Shown here: positions 42,501-53,777 of the stretch, in pieces
Numbering within the stretch: the stretch's first letter is position 1
Layout of the letters: each line of letters starts with the position of its first letter
Assembly: GCA_963768655.1 (NCBI GenBank)
Contig: CAVYIM010000003.1
Location: 128,001 to 192,000, forward strand
From: an uncultured Chloroflexia bacterium
Lineage (GTDB): Bacteria; Chloroflexota; Limnocylindria; Limnocylindrales; CSP1-4
DNA: 64,000 nucleotides
Reading direction: 5' to 3'
Notes under the pieces: generated by a model
Databases searched by the model: none
What the model was told of the DNA's origin: nothing
What the model saw: only the letters and a program-made list of their open reading frames with translations
Made by a program: the position numbers and the translations under genes

Positions 42501-43832
42501 ATGGCCGACGCCCGCCCGTTCCACTGGGAGTTCAAGCCCGAGGAAGTCGACCGCGAGGTCTTCCGAATCGAGGGCGGCCGCCGCCTGGAAGGTTCGGTTT
42601 CGATCAGCGGCGCCAAGAACGCGGCGCTCAAGCTGATGGCCGCAGCCACGCTGACCGGGGAACGGTGCCGCTTCACCAACGTTCCCGAGATCGAGGACGT
42701 GCGAGTCCTGGCCGAAGTCCTGGCGGACATCGGCGTGACCGTCGATCATCCCGAGCCCAATGTCTACGAAGTCGCAAGCGGCGATGCCGAATGGCTGTTC
42801 GTGCCCCTCGAGGCGGCGGCCAAGATGCGGGCCAGCTTCATCCTGCTGGGCCCGCTGCTCACTCGCTTCGGGCGGGTCATCATCAGCAACCCGGGCGGGG
42901 ACCGGATCGGCCGCCGGCCCGTGAACCTGCACGTCGACGCGATGCGGGCCCTGGGCGCGGAAATCGAGTACCGCAACGGCTACTACTTCGCCAAAGCCCC
43001 GGGCCGGCTGCGCGGCGGCCGCGTGTCGTTTCCGCAGATCACCGTCATGGGCACCGAGAACGCCATCCTCGCCGCGACTCTCGCGGTCGGGCACACCGTC
43101 ATCGAGCCGGCCGCCCGGGAGCCGGAGATCGACGACCTGATCGCCTTCCTCGTCGACATGGGCGCCGAGGTCGAACGGACCGCGCCAAACCGCATCGAGA
43201 TCGAGGGCCGGCGCAGGCTGCGCGGCGCTCAGCACGCCGTCGTCTCCGACCGCATCGAAGCTGGGACCTTCGTCGTCGCGGCCGCCGTCACGCGCGGTCG
43301 AGTCACGCTCCGGAATGCCCCGTGCGGCCATTTCGACGCGCTCGTGGGAGTCATGTCGGAGATGGGCGTCTCGGTCAGCTGCGGCGCCGACACGGTGGAG
43401 GTGGACGCGACCGCCGCGGATCTTCGCCCGTTCAAGTGCGCCGACATCGAGACGCAGCCCTACCCCGGCCTGGCGACCGATCTTCAACCACCCACCTGCG
43501 TTCTGCTAACCCAGTCGGAAGGCGAGAGCCACGTCACCGAGACGATCTTCGAGGATCGCCTGGAGTGGCTCGGCGAGCTGCGCCGCATGGGCGCCCGGAT
43601 CGAGATCCCGGATCCGCATCACGCCACCATTCACGGCCCGACGCAGCTTCACGGCGTGGATGTCGAGATCGGCGATCTTCGAGCCGGCGCGTCCCTTATC
43701 CTGGCGGCTCTGGCTGCCGAGGGCGTGACCACGATTCGCGGCGCGCACCACGTACACCGCGGCTATGAGAAGATCGACACGAAATTCCTGGAGCTCGGCG
43801 CCAGGATCGAACGGCTTGCGGAAGGGACATAG
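42501..43832 (+). CDS. murA: UDP-N-acetylglucosamine 1-carboxyvinyltransferase
   Basis: SGAKNAAL, MRAS, PGGDRIGRRP, DRIEAGT, PYPGLATDLQ, DLRAGA. Confidence 0.95.
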   Translation: MADARPFHWEFKPEEVDREVFRIEGGRRLEGSVSISGAKNAALKLMAAATLTGERCRFTNVPEIEDVRVLAEVLADIGVTVDHPEPNVYEVASGDAEWLFVPLEAAAKMRASFILLGPLLTRFGRVIISNPGGDRIGRRPVNLHVDAMRALGAEIEYRNGYYFAKAPGRLRGGRVSFPQITVMGTENAILAATLAVGHTVIEPAAREPEIDDLIAFLVDMGAEVERTAPNRIEIEGRRRLRGAQHAVVSDRIEAGTFVVAAAVTRGRVTLRNAPCGHFDALVGVMSEMGVSVSCGADTVEVDATAADLRPFKCADIETQPYPGLATDLQPPTCVLLTQSEGESHVTETIFEDRLEWLGELRRMGARIEIPDPHHATIHGPTQLHGVDVEIGDLRAGASLILAALAAEGVTTIRGAHHVHRGYEKIDTKFLELGARIERLAEGT

Positions 43833-43841
43833 CGAAGCGGC

Positions 43842-44842
<1,001 letters not shown>

Positions 44843-44843
<1 letters not shown>

Positions 44844-45586
44844 TGGGCGGTCCCGAGGTACCCGCGGTGAACCCCGCACGGCGGGCGTTCATCGAACTGC
44901 ACTGTCACACGAGCGCCAGCTTCGACTCGCTGGCCGACCCCATGGCCGTGGCTCGGGCCGCGGCCAGGCGTGGCCTGACGCATCTGGCAGTCACGGACCA
45001 CGACCGCATCGATGCCGCCCTGCGCCTTCGCGACGCCGCTCCGCCCGAGTTGACGATCATCGTCGGCGAGGAGGTCAAGACGGCCGACGGCGACTTGATA
45101 GCGGTCTTCCTGCGTGAGGTCGTCCCGCCGGGCATGTCGGCCGTGGAGACGATCGCCGCGGTCCGGGAGCAGGGCGGCCTGGTGGGCGTCCCGCACCCAT
45201 TCGACGGCCGGCGCGGGTTCGGTCGAAAGAGCGGTGCAGAGCTCGAATCGATCGCCAATCTGGTCGACTGGGTGGAGGCCTACAACGCCCGCGTGATCGG
45301 TGGCTCGGCCAACGAGAAAGCGGCGCAGTTCGCCCACGAGCATGGGCTGCCGGGGGTCGGCGCATCGGACTCGCACACCGTCCTGGAGGTGGCCGTCACC
45401 TGCACCATCGTGACCGGCGATCCCGGAACTCCGGAGGGCCTGCGCGCGTCGTTGGCGGCAGTGGACTTCCTGCCGGGACGCGCGAGCTTCTACGTGCGCG
45501 CCTGGACGCCGCTTGCGAAGATGGTCCAGTCCATGAAGGGGAACGGCCGGCGCCGGGCCCAGGAAGTCAGGGGAGAAATCCGGTGA
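44843..45586 (+). CDS. PHP-domain phosphoesterase
   Basis: LHCHT, TDHD, PHPFD, SDSH. Confidence 0.87.
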
Positions 45587-46734
45587 CCAAGCCAGCAGAC
45601 CATCACCGCCACCCGATGGGCGAGCCGCTCGAGCAAGAAGCCGAGGCTCTGATCGATCCGGAGGCGGCGGTCGAGATCCCTCCGGCCGAGCAGATGTCGC
45701 TGCTGCGGCGTCTCCGGCAGCCCCGAACCATCCTGTCGATCGCGGTCCCGATCGTCGTCATCGTCATCGCCGTGGCCCTCAACTGGTCGCAGATGAGCCA
45801 GGTGCCGGGTGCGATCGGTGGCGCCGACCCGCGCCTCATCCTGGTCGCCTTCGTCATCTATTACATCGGGTTCCCGCTGCGGGGCTTCCGCTGGACGAGG
45901 CTCCTGCGCGGCGCCGGATACAAGGTCAAGACCAGCGATGCGACGGAGGTCCTGTTTCTCTCCTGGTTCGTAAACTGCATAGTCCCGGCCAAGCTCGGCG
46001 ACCTGTATCGAGCCTATCTGCTCAAGCAGAACAGCCCGGTGTCTGCCACACGGACGCTGGGCACGGTCTTCATGGAGCGCATCCTGGATCTGGTCGCCAT
46101 CGCCGCACTGGGCGTGGCCGCGGGGTACTTCAGGTTCCGCGGCAGCCTCAACGATCTCCCCGAGGGCGTGCGGGTGATCTTCGCCTTCGGTGTCGTGATA
46201 GTGGTGGCGCTGATCGTTGCGCTTGTCGCGATGCGCAGCTTCGGACGCCGGGTCATAGTCGTGCTGAGGGTGCCGGCTCGTGGCGTCGAGCTGTACGACC
46301 GGTTCGAGGAAGGGGTCTTCGGCTCAGTGGGGTTGCGCGGCCTGCCCGTCCTCGGTCTGCTGACCTTCATGATCTGGGCGACCGAGGCGCTGCGGTTGTA
46401 CTTCGTGGTCCGCTCGCTCGGATTCGCAGACGTGGATCTGGGTCTCTCCGGGGCCATGTTCGTGGCCCTAATCGGGTCACTGCTGACGGCCGTGCCTCTG
46501 TTCCCGGGAGGCCTCGGGCTGGTGGACCTGGGGATGCTCGGGGTGCTGAAGACGTTCTTCACCAAGAACTCGATACACGCGACCGCGATCGTCGTGGTCG
46601 ACCGGGCGATCTCCGTCTTCTCGATCGTCATCCTGGGCGGCATTGCATACGTGCTGTCCTCAAAGCCGAGGGGTGGAGGAATGACAGTCGAGGAGATCCC
46701 GCCCTCACTCGCGCCGATGCGGCCGCCGGCCTGA
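45583..46734 (+). CDS. Lysylphosphatidylglycerol synthase TM / flippase-like protein (UPF0104)
   Basis: RGFRW, NCIVPAKLGD..R, ERILD, PGGLG..D. Confidence 0.82.
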   Translation: MTKPADHHRHPMGEPLEQEAEALIDPEAAVEIPPAEQMSLLRRLRQPRTILSIAVPIVVIVIAVALNWSQMSQVPGAIGGADPRLILVAFVIYYIGFPLRGFRWTRLLRGAGYKVKTSDATEVLFLSWFVNCIVPAKLGDLYRAYLLKQNSPVSATRTLGTVFMERILDLVAIAALGVAAGYFRFRGSLNDLPEGVRVIFAFGVVIVVALIVALVAMRSFGRRVIVVLRVPARGVELYDRFEEGVFGSVGLRGLPVLGLLTFMIWATEALRLYFVVRSLGFADVDLGLSGAMFVALIGSLLTAVPLFPGGLGLVDLGMLGVLKTFFTKNSIHATAIVVVDRAISVFSIVILGGIAYVLSSKPRGGGMTVEEIPPSLAPMRPPA

Positions 46735-46972
46735 CTTTCGGCACCGTTCGGCGGCTCAAACTCGGGCCAGTGATACTGGTCGGCCGCTCGCGTCCGCCCG
46801 AATCCGGCCATATCTGCCCGAATCTGCCCGAACTGGACCTTACAGCTACCTTGCGGGGCAAACCGACAGTCGCTACACGTGCGGTACCAAAAGGTCATTC
46901 ACGCTTTGGCCGGCCGCTCCGATAGTTCCAGTATCCGGGTAGAATGCCCGCCTATCGGAGCCCACGAAGCGC

Positions 46973-47485
46973 ATGGCCGTACAGAACGGGCGAGGCTTCA
47001 ACGAGTGGCTGCGGGCCCAGCTCAAGGCGAAGAAGATGTCGCAGCGCCAGCTGGCCCAGCAATCCGGCGTTGACCATTCGACCATTTCCCGGCTGATCCG
47101 CGGCGACCGGATGCCGTCCCTGGGAACAGCCACGAAGCTGGCCCGCGGGCTGCGCGAGATCCGAGACGACTCCGATGCGCCGCAGTACCTGGGTGTCGTG
47201 ACCGGCGGAACCATCAATCCGACTGCTCGCGTCGAATACGCCCTCCGGGCCGACGACGTGCTCACGGAACCGCAGGTCCGCCAGATCATGGAGTACTACC
47301 TCGCGGTGCGGATGCGCCGCTTCGGCCGCGGCTACATCGGCATGCGGACAGAGGAACGCCCTATCGAGCCGCGCCGGCTCCTGGACGATCGTCGTGATAC
47401 GCCTGTCATGTCCGCGGTCGCCGGTCACGCAGCCCGGCCGATGGTCCGGCAGCTGCCTCCTCGCGCTCGCTCCGCCCGAGACTGA
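46973..47485 (+). CDS. XRE-family HTH transcriptional regulator
   Basis: MSQRQLAQQSGVDHSTISRLIRGDRMPS; TAGAAT -10 at ~46940. Confidence 0.87.
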   Translation: MAVQNGRGFNEWLRAQLKAKKMSQRQLAQQSGVDHSTISRLIRGDRMPSLGTATKLARGLREIRDDSDAPQYLGVVTGGTINPTARVEYALRADDVLTEPQVRQIMEYYLAVRMRRFGRGYIGMRTEERPIEPRRLLDDRRDTPVMSAVAGHAARPMVRQLPPRARSARD

Positions 47486-47617
47486 CCGGGCGATCGTCCC
47501 CGGCCGCCAATCGCCGGTGGCTGCGCGCCCGCGCCCAGACGCCGGGCGGCTCGACCCGGCCAGCAACAGCCGCTCGCGAGCCTCGAGCCCAGGCGCGCGG
47601 GCCTCAGGGCACAGGCC

Positions 47618-49330
47618 TCAGGGCACCCGCCGGTAGACGCTCAGGCTTCGGTTCGGGGCGGGCGAGAAACGCTCCACGAACTGCAGCCCCTGGCCCGCCG
47701 ACGCGCTACTGAGCCAGCGAGCCTCTATAGTCGGGTCGCCGCAGCCGCTCGTGACCCACTCCGAGTCGCACAGGACCACGACGGTGCCGGCGTCGCCGGG
47801 CGTGGCCAGCGTCGCCCCGTCGTAGCTCAGGGGGTAGCTATAGGCGGCGGCGCTCTTGAACGCGGGCAGGTTGATGAGCGCTATCGAGCCGCCCTGGGCA
47901 TCCGCCTCGAGCCGTTGCGCGGCGGCGTGGGCGGCCGGCCAGCCGCCGTCGGGGGAGGTGAGCGGCGGCCAGTGGCTGACACCGAGGACCGTCAACCCGG
48001 CGAGCATGCCGATCGCGAGCGATCGACCGAGCCACGCCCTCGAAGCGCGGGCCTCTCGCCATAGCCCGCCCACGACCAGTGCCGCGCCGATGATGACAAG
48101 TACATCGGCGACGGAGTGGTATTGCTCCTGGTCCACGGGCTCCACCTGCGAAATCTGTTTGAGGCACAGGCTGAGCACTAGGGCGATGACGAGCAGTGAT
48201 CCGCCGACGAAACGAACGCCTTCGCGCTCGTGGTCCGCAGCGTGGGCCGTGTCCTGTCCCCTCGCGAAGGAACCCGCCACCCGCCAGACCACACCTACGA
48301 CGACGGCGACGGCCGCGACGAAGGCAAGGGCAGCGCCCGGCCTGAAGTCGTCGAGCGGCCAGTACATCAGCGGCCAGACGACGATCCTCATGCTGCCAAA
48401 CGCAACCTCGGCCAGGGGACCGCCGGCAGGTGGGCTCGGCTGGTTGAAGGCCAGCATCGCCCTGGTCTCGGCAAAGTCGTGGCCCAGTTCGTACAGGATC
48501 AATGGCAACCACGTCAGGACGAACAGGCCGGCGCCGGCGAAGCCCCATGTGAGGAGGCGGCGCCTCTCCCCCGAAGGACCCCGCCGCAACGCCATTGCGA
48601 ACAGCGTGGCCATCGGGAGCACGAGCACAAGCCCCGTGAGGTGGGCCTGCGAGGCCAGGGCGGTGCCGGACGCGGCGACCAACCACCAGCGAGGCTGGTG
48701 CGTCCTCCACGCCTGCCAGGCGCCCAGGCAGGCCAGTGCGGTGCCCGTCTCGAGGAGGACGGGGTTCCACAAGAACGTGGAGTAGCCGATCAGGCTCGGC
48801 GACACGGCGGCCAGAAGTGCCGCGGCGAGTCCCGCGGCAGGACCGCCGATCGAACGCGCCGTCCACCAGACCAGAGGGACCACGGCAACGCCGAATAGCG
48901 CGACGGCAAAGACGAGAGCCGCGGGATTGCCGTTGCTGAGCCATGCGGCGGGGATCATGAGATCGTAGAAGAGAGCCCCGTGGTGGAACGCTCCTCCCGT
49001 GCTGTAGGCCATCGGCCCAAAGGTCGGCAGGCGGCCCGTCACGACCGCGTTCCAGATGGCAGCCATCTGCGTGCCCTGGTCCGAATCCCAGATGCCGCGA
49101 GCCGGCAGGTTCACGAGCCTGTCCGCCGCGGCCAGCAGGAAGATCGCGGCCAGGCAGGCCGCCTCGCGTTCGTTGGAGCCGATGCGGGCGCCGAAGCTTC
49201 GCGCCGGCGCAGCGAGGCCTCTCGATTCATCGAGTCGGGACTGGTCGCGTGGCTCCCGGGAATCAGCCGGCTCCGGCAAGTCCGGCGGAGCGGCACCCTT
49301 CATTTCTTGTTTGGCGTCTGCTGGTTTCAA
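47618..49330 (-). CDS. GT-C (ArnT/PMT-like) membrane glycosyltransferase
   Basis: RGIWDSDQG, HHGALFY, STFLWNP, multiple TMs. Confidence 0.75.
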   Translation of the reverse strand: MKPADAKQEMKGAAPPDLPEPADSREPRDQSRLDESRGLAAPARSFGARIGSNEREAACLAAIFLLAAADRLVNLPARGIWDSDQGTQMAAIWNAVVTGRLPTFGPMAYSTGGAFHHGALFYDLMIPAAWLSNGNPAALVFAVALFGVAVVPLVWWTARSIGGPAAGLAAALLAAVSPSLIGYSTFLWNPVLLETGTALACLGAWQAWRTHQPRWWLVAASGTALASQAHLTGLVLVLPMATLFAMALRRGPSGERRRLLTWGFAGAGLFVLTWLPLILYELGHDFAETRAMLAFNQPSPPAGGPLAEVAFGSMRIVVWPLMYWPLDDFRPGAALAFVAAVAVVVGVVWRVAGSFARGQDTAHAADHEREGVRFVGGSLLVIALVLSLCLKQISQVEPVDQEQYHSVADVLVIIGAALVVGGLWREARASRAWLGRSLAIGMLAGLTVLGVSHWPPLTSPDGGWPAAHAAAQRLEADAQGGSIALINLPAFKSAAAYSYPLSYDGATLATPGDAGTVVVLCDSEWVTSGCGDPTIEARWLSSASAGQGLQFVERFSPAPNRSLSVYRRVP

Positions 49331-49337
49331 GCCCCAC

Positions 49338-51002
49338 TCACTGCGACCGAAGATAGACGGTGATAATTCGGTCCGGAGCGGCCGCGAATCGATCCACCTG
49401 CGTCAGGCCGGGCGGCTGGGTGGCGAGCCATCCGGCCTCGGCCTGGCCGCCGCAGCCCTCCAGCCAGAAGGAATCGCATAGCACGACAACGACGCTGGCC
49501 CGGTCGACCTCTACCAGGGTAGTGCCATCGCGCGCCAGTGGGTAGGCGTAAGCATCGCTGCCCTTCTCCTCGAAGAGCGGGACGAGCGCCACCGGGGCAC
49601 CGCCGGAGATGCGTTCGATCCTCGTCGCCGCAGCCTGGGCGGCGGGCCAGCCCCCGTCCGGCGAGGTGAGCGGCGGCCAGTTCCCGACGTTCCAGGCGAC
49701 CAGACCTAGCAGGGCCAAGAGGGCGGCGCCACGGCCGATCTGCCTCGCCAGGCCGCCGCTTCCGGCCCGCCAGAGACCTCCCAGGACGAGCCCCGCAGCG
49801 ACGAGCACCAGCGGGTCGGCAACGACGTGGTACTGCTCCGTGGGCAGCTCCTGGAGCTGTGAGACTGCCTTGAGGCCAAGGCCGAGGGCGAGGATGAGGA
49901 GCACGAGCATCCCGCCGACGAAGCGGAGCCCCGCGAGCTCCTCGGTGGCGTCCCGCTCAGCCTTGCCTGCGGCGCGGTGCGGGGCATCCGCTGTCGCCCT
50001 GGCGGCCGAGGCCCGCGCGCCCGTCTTGACGATGCGCCAGACGAGCGCAATGGCCAGAGTGACGGCAACTGCCAGGGATGGCAGGAAAGCCGGCTTGAGA
50101 TTGACGAGCGGCCATCGGGTGAGAGGCCAGGCGAGGATCCGAATGGCGCTGAAGACGAGCCGGGTCAGCGGGTCGGCCACCGGCGTGGAATCCGGGCCGG
50201 TGAAGTAGCCGATGATGCCCCGTGTCTCGGCAAAGTCGTGGCTCAGCTCGCTCATGATCACCGGCAGGTACGAGAGCACCACCAGAGCCACTCCGGCTGC
50301 TCCCCAGGCCGTGACGCGACGCCGGCGGTCGCGCGCGCGCCGGAGATCGGCGAGGAAAGCGGCTGCCATCGGCACCACGATCACGCCGGCGGCAACGTGC
50401 GCCTGCATCGCCACGGCGCTGCCCGCGGCCGCCACCAGCCACCACTGTGGCCGCGCCGTGCGCCAGGCCTGCCAGGCGCCGAGGAACGCCACGGCCGCCC
50501 CCGGCTCGACGAGGGTCGGGTTCCAGATGAAAGTCGCGTAGCCGATCAGGCTGGCCGACACGGCTGCCAGGACGGCTGCCATCAAGCCGGCCACGGTTCC
50601 GCTGATCGAGCGGGCGATCCACCACACGATCGGGACGACGAGCAGACTCAGGAGCGCGATCTCCGCCACGACGAAGGTGGGGTCGCCGTTGCCCAGCCAC
50701 ACCGCCGGCAGCAGCAGGTCGTAGTACAGGGCTCCGTGGTGGAACGTGCCGCCGACGCTGATTGCCTGCGGCCCGAAGGTCGGCAGGCCCCCGCCGTTGA
50801 TCGCGTTCCGCAGCGCCAGCATCTCGGTGCCCTGGTCGGAATCCCAGCCGCCGCGCGCCGGCAGGTTGGCAAAGCGCGCTGCGGCGGCCACGACGAGGAT
50901 GGCGGCCAGGCAGCCGAGCTCGCGGACCTGCACCCCTAGGCGGGCGCTGACGCCGGCGACGCAGCGCGTGGGCAGGGACCTCAGACCGACGAGCCCGCTC
51001 AT
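49338..51002 (-). CDS. GT-C (ArnT/PMT-like) membrane glycosyltransferase, paralog of the adjacent gene
   Basis: RGGWDSDQG, HHGALYY, TFIWNP; shares WPPLTSPDGGWPAA; ATG 51002 overlaps the nfo stop. Confidence 0.75.
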   Translation of the reverse strand: MSGLVGLRSLPTRCVAGVSARLGVQVRELGCLAAILVVAAAARFANLPARGGWDSDQGTEMLALRNAINGGGLPTFGPQAISVGGTFHHGALYYDLLLPAVWLGNGDPTFVVAEIALLSLLVVPIVWWIARSISGTVAGLMAAVLAAVSASLIGYATFIWNPTLVEPGAAVAFLGAWQAWRTARPQWWLVAAAGSAVAMQAHVAAGVIVVPMAAAFLADLRRARDRRRRVTAWGAAGVALVVLSYLPVIMSELSHDFAETRGIIGYFTGPDSTPVADPLTRLVFSAIRILAWPLTRWPLVNLKPAFLPSLAVAVTLAIALVWRIVKTGARASAARATADAPHRAAGKAERDATEELAGLRFVGGMLVLLILALGLGLKAVSQLQELPTEQYHVVADPLVLVAAGLVLGGLWRAGSGGLARQIGRGAALLALLGLVAWNVGNWPPLTSPDGGWPAAQAAATRIERISGGAPVALVPLFEEKGSDAYAYPLARDGTTLVEVDRASVVVVLCDSFWLEGCGGQAEAGWLATQPPGLTQVDRFAAAPDRIITVYLRSQ

Positions 51003-52054
51003 CCTGTCTCCCGAGTTCCAGCTCGTCCCGGCGTCTCGGCCCCAGCCCCGGCCTGCGACGCGGCACCGGCCCCGGCGTTCGGCGCGTACGTGGCCTGCGG
51101 TGCGGCCCCGGGCCTGGTCATCCGTCTGGGCAGGGGAGCGGGCGTGAGCGGTCTGCCCGTGACGAGGTCGCCGACCCGGGCCATGTTGACCGCGTCGAAG
51201 CCCTCCTCCATGCCGGGCGTCTCCAGGTAGAAGGTCACATGGCCCAGGGCCGGATGGAGGAGCAGGTACGCCAGTCCCACCGGCCCGATCCGTCCATTGC
51301 CCAGATGTTCGTGCCGGTCGTGCCGGGATCCGAGGCTCGAGGAGGTGTCGTTGAGGTGGATCATCCACAGCCTGTCCAGCCCGATGAGGCGGTCGAAATC
51401 GGCCAGCACGCGATCTATGACCGCCGGATCGGCGATGTCGTAGCCGGCGCCCCACAGGTGAGCCGTGTCCAGGCAGAAACCGATGCGGCTATCGAGGCCC
51501 CGTGCGGTGGCGGTCTCCAACACCGCCGCCAGCTGTTCGACGCTGACCCCGATGCCGTCGCCGCCCCCGGATGAGTTCTCGACGACCACCAGCGGGGCGC
51601 CCGGGCCGTCCGGTGCCTCGGCCAGCGCGCGCGACAGGCCTTCGACCAGTCGCGCGATGCCCGCCTCCACGCCGGCGCCGCGATGGGAGCCGGCGTGGAC
51701 GTTGACGAAGCGGGCCCCATAGGCAGGGGCCTGAACGAGCTCGTGGCGCAGAACGTCGACGGAGCGGCCGAAGAGGATGTCGTCGGCCCCTGCCAGGTTC
51801 ACGAGGTAAGCGGCGTGGATCGCCAGCGGCCCGATGTCGAGCTCGGCCAGACGCCTGCGGAAAGCGGGTGCTTCGGGCGGTGGCTCGGTTCGCCGCCGCC
51901 ACGCCGTGGGGTTGTCGCTGAATATCTGCAGCGCCGAAGCGCCGATCTCGCCGGCTCGTTCAGCGACCTTCAGAAGGCCGGGCCCGATGGGCAGATGCGG
52001 CCCGGCCCGGCGCCCGCCGGGCAGCTCGACACGCCGGCTCGTCGTGGCCGTCAC
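50999..52054 (-). CDS. nfo: Endonuclease IV
   Basis: HAAYLVN, VVENSSG, CLDTAH, HLND, DRHEHLG, LETP; start approximate. Confidence 0.92.
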   Translation of the reverse strand: MTATTSRRVELPGGRRAGPHLPIGPGLLKVAERAGEIGASALQIFSDNPTAWRRRTEPPPEAPAFRRRLAELDIGPLAIHAAYLVNLAGADDILFGRSVDVLRHELVQAPAYGARFVNVHAGSHRGAGVEAGIARLVEGLSRALAEAPDGPGAPLVVVENSSGGGDGIGVSVEQLAAVLETATARGLDSRIGFCLDTAHLWGAGYDIADPAVIDRVLADFDRLIGLDRLWMIHLNDTSSSLGSRHDRHEHLGNGRIGPVGLAYLLLHPALGHVTFYLETPGMEEGFDAVNMARVGDLVTGRPLTPAPLPRRMTRPGAAPQATYAPNAGAGAASQAGAGAETPGRAGTRETG

Positions 52055-52094
52055 GACATCCTGCCCCTCGTGGCGCGATGGCGGTCGATGGTCG

Positions 52095-52730
52095 TCAGTC
52101 CACCTTGTGGCCGTTTCGACCGGGCGTGTACTGGCCGGCAATCACCGGCTCGATCATCCCGTAGTCGCCGCCGTTGCGCTTGTACATGACGCACAGCCGC
52201 TCCGTCTCGGCGTTGACGAAGAGAAAGAAGACGTGACCGAGCTCCTCCATCCTCGCGACTGCGTCCTCTTCGAACATCGGCTCGATGGCGAAGCGCTTGG
52301 TCTTGACGATGCGCGAGCGACGGGCCTCCTCCTCAGGTCCCTCGATCTCCGTGGCCGCTGCGGCCCTGCTTGAGAGTGCCGGCTCGCTATCGTCGACGAT
52401 CCGTTTGCCCCTTCCGGCAGTCGGTCGAGCCTTGCCCCTGGGCTTCTCGCGGAAGTCCACCGCCTGGCGCTCGATGCGGTCGATGACTGTGTCGAGGCAG
52501 GCCTGGTAGCTCGGTCCCGCGGCGTGGCTGCGCAGGGGCTGGCCGTCGACGACGAGGGTCACCTCCACGATCTGCGAGTCCGTGCTGCTGCGGTGCTGCT
52601 CGGTCGACAGCTCGACTACAGCTTCCGATCGATCGTCCAGGAATCGCTCCAGCCGGCGCATCTTGCGCTCGGCGTACTGCCTCACGGAATCCGGGACGTC
52701 GATGTTCTTGCCCTTGACGATCGTCCTCAC
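52095..52730 (-). CDS. hpf: Ribosome hibernation promoting factor (long HPF)
   Basis: IVKGKNIDV...YAERK; C-terminal KRFAIEPM...MEELGH.FFLF. Confidence 0.92.
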   Translation of the reverse strand: MRTIVKGKNIDVPDSVRQYAERKMRRLERFLDDRSEAVVELSTEQHRSSTDSQIVEVTLVVDGQPLRSHAAGPSYQACLDTVIDRIERQAVDFREKPRGKARPTAGRGKRIVDDSEPALSSRAAAATEIEGPEEEARRSRIVKTKRFAIEPMFEEDAVARMEELGHVFFLFVNAETERLCVMYKRNGGDYGMIEPVIAGQYTPGRNGHKVD

Positions 52731-52865
52731 GGCCTACCTCCGCAAAGCAATTGGCGCGTCCAGCCGACCTTCGGCCGACAACTGGCGCGCATCTCGTAGA
52801 GCCGCTACCACGCGGCCAGTATAGGAGCCGTTGCCGGCTCTCCGTCCCTGTCGTTCCCGGCGAAT

Positions 52866-53576
52866 TCAACGCTCTCGCGCCACCGTCAGAGCCGAAACCG
52901 CGACTGCCCCGGCGTCGTATAGCGCCTCGGCGCAGGCGACCAGAGTCGAGCCCGTGGTGACAACGTCGTCGATGAGAATCGGCCACCTGCCTTTCACCGC
53001 CGAACCCGTGCCGGCCCGCAGAGCGAAGGCCCCGCTGACGTTGTCCCGCCGAGCGCGGCGCCCCAGCTCGAACTGGGGAGTGGTGTGGCGCGTCCGCTCG
53101 AGGGGCGCCTGCCACGGAACGTGGAGTCGGTCCGAGGCGGCTGCCGCCAGCAGGAAGGCCTGATCGTAGCCGCGCCTCCTGGCCCGCTCCGCGTGCACCG
53201 GAACGGGGACGAGCATCTCCCCGCCGACGCCGACCGCTTCCCAACGCGTTGCCATTGCTGCCGCAAGCGGCGCGGCCAGTCGCCGCTCCCCGGAGTACTT
53301 GAGCCGGTGCAGCGCCATTCGGACCACCCCCGAGAAAGGCGCGCACCACTCCAGCTGCACCAGCGGCACCGGCATCGTCGCCGGTAGCCCGAGCGGGACG
53401 CCCGGGGGCAGCGCCAGGCGAACGTCCAGCGCGCGCCGACATCTGAGGCACAGCACCGTTCCCTCGGCCGCGCAGCCGGCGCAACTTGCCGGCAGCGCCA
53501 GATCGAGCAACGCTCCGCCCAGACGAGCCGCCCGCGCAACGCCGCCGATCCTGTTCGTCGCTGCCTGCGCTGCCAT
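52866..53576 (-). CDS. comF: ComF family competence protein
   Basis: CAGC...CLRC zinc finger, LKY, RRGYDQA, LIDDVVTTGST. Confidence 0.9.
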   Translation of the reverse strand: MAAQAATNRIGGVARAARLGGALLDLALPASCAGCAAEGTVLCLRCRRALDVRLALPPGVPLGLPATMPVPLVQLEWCAPFSGVVRMALHRLKYSGERRLAAPLAAAMATRWEAVGVGGEMLVPVPVHAERARRRGYDQAFLLAAAASDRLHVPWQAPLERTRHTTPQFELGRRARRDNVSGAFALRAGTGSAVKGRWPILIDDVVTTGSTLVACAEALYDAGAVAVSALTVARER

Positions 53577-53777
53577 GTCGGGAAGCTAGTCCCGGCCGCT
53601 TACTCGCCACGTACTTCGCGCTTATCCGCCGGGCGGGCGATGCCGGGGCAGCCGACGCACGCAAAGCCGGCGCCCGCAAGGCCGACGCCGGGGCGGACCC
53701 GGCCAGGTTCGACGTGGCCCCCGCGGTCGCCGAGGCCACTGGGGCCGCCGGGGCTACCGTGAAGTCGGTGCCAGTTT

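Noticed and set aside
46850-46900. GGCAAAACCG...CGGT resembling a c-di-GMP-I riboswitch
   Set aside because: No GNRA loop/receptor or GCAAAG segment, and it lies upstream of the predicted -10.
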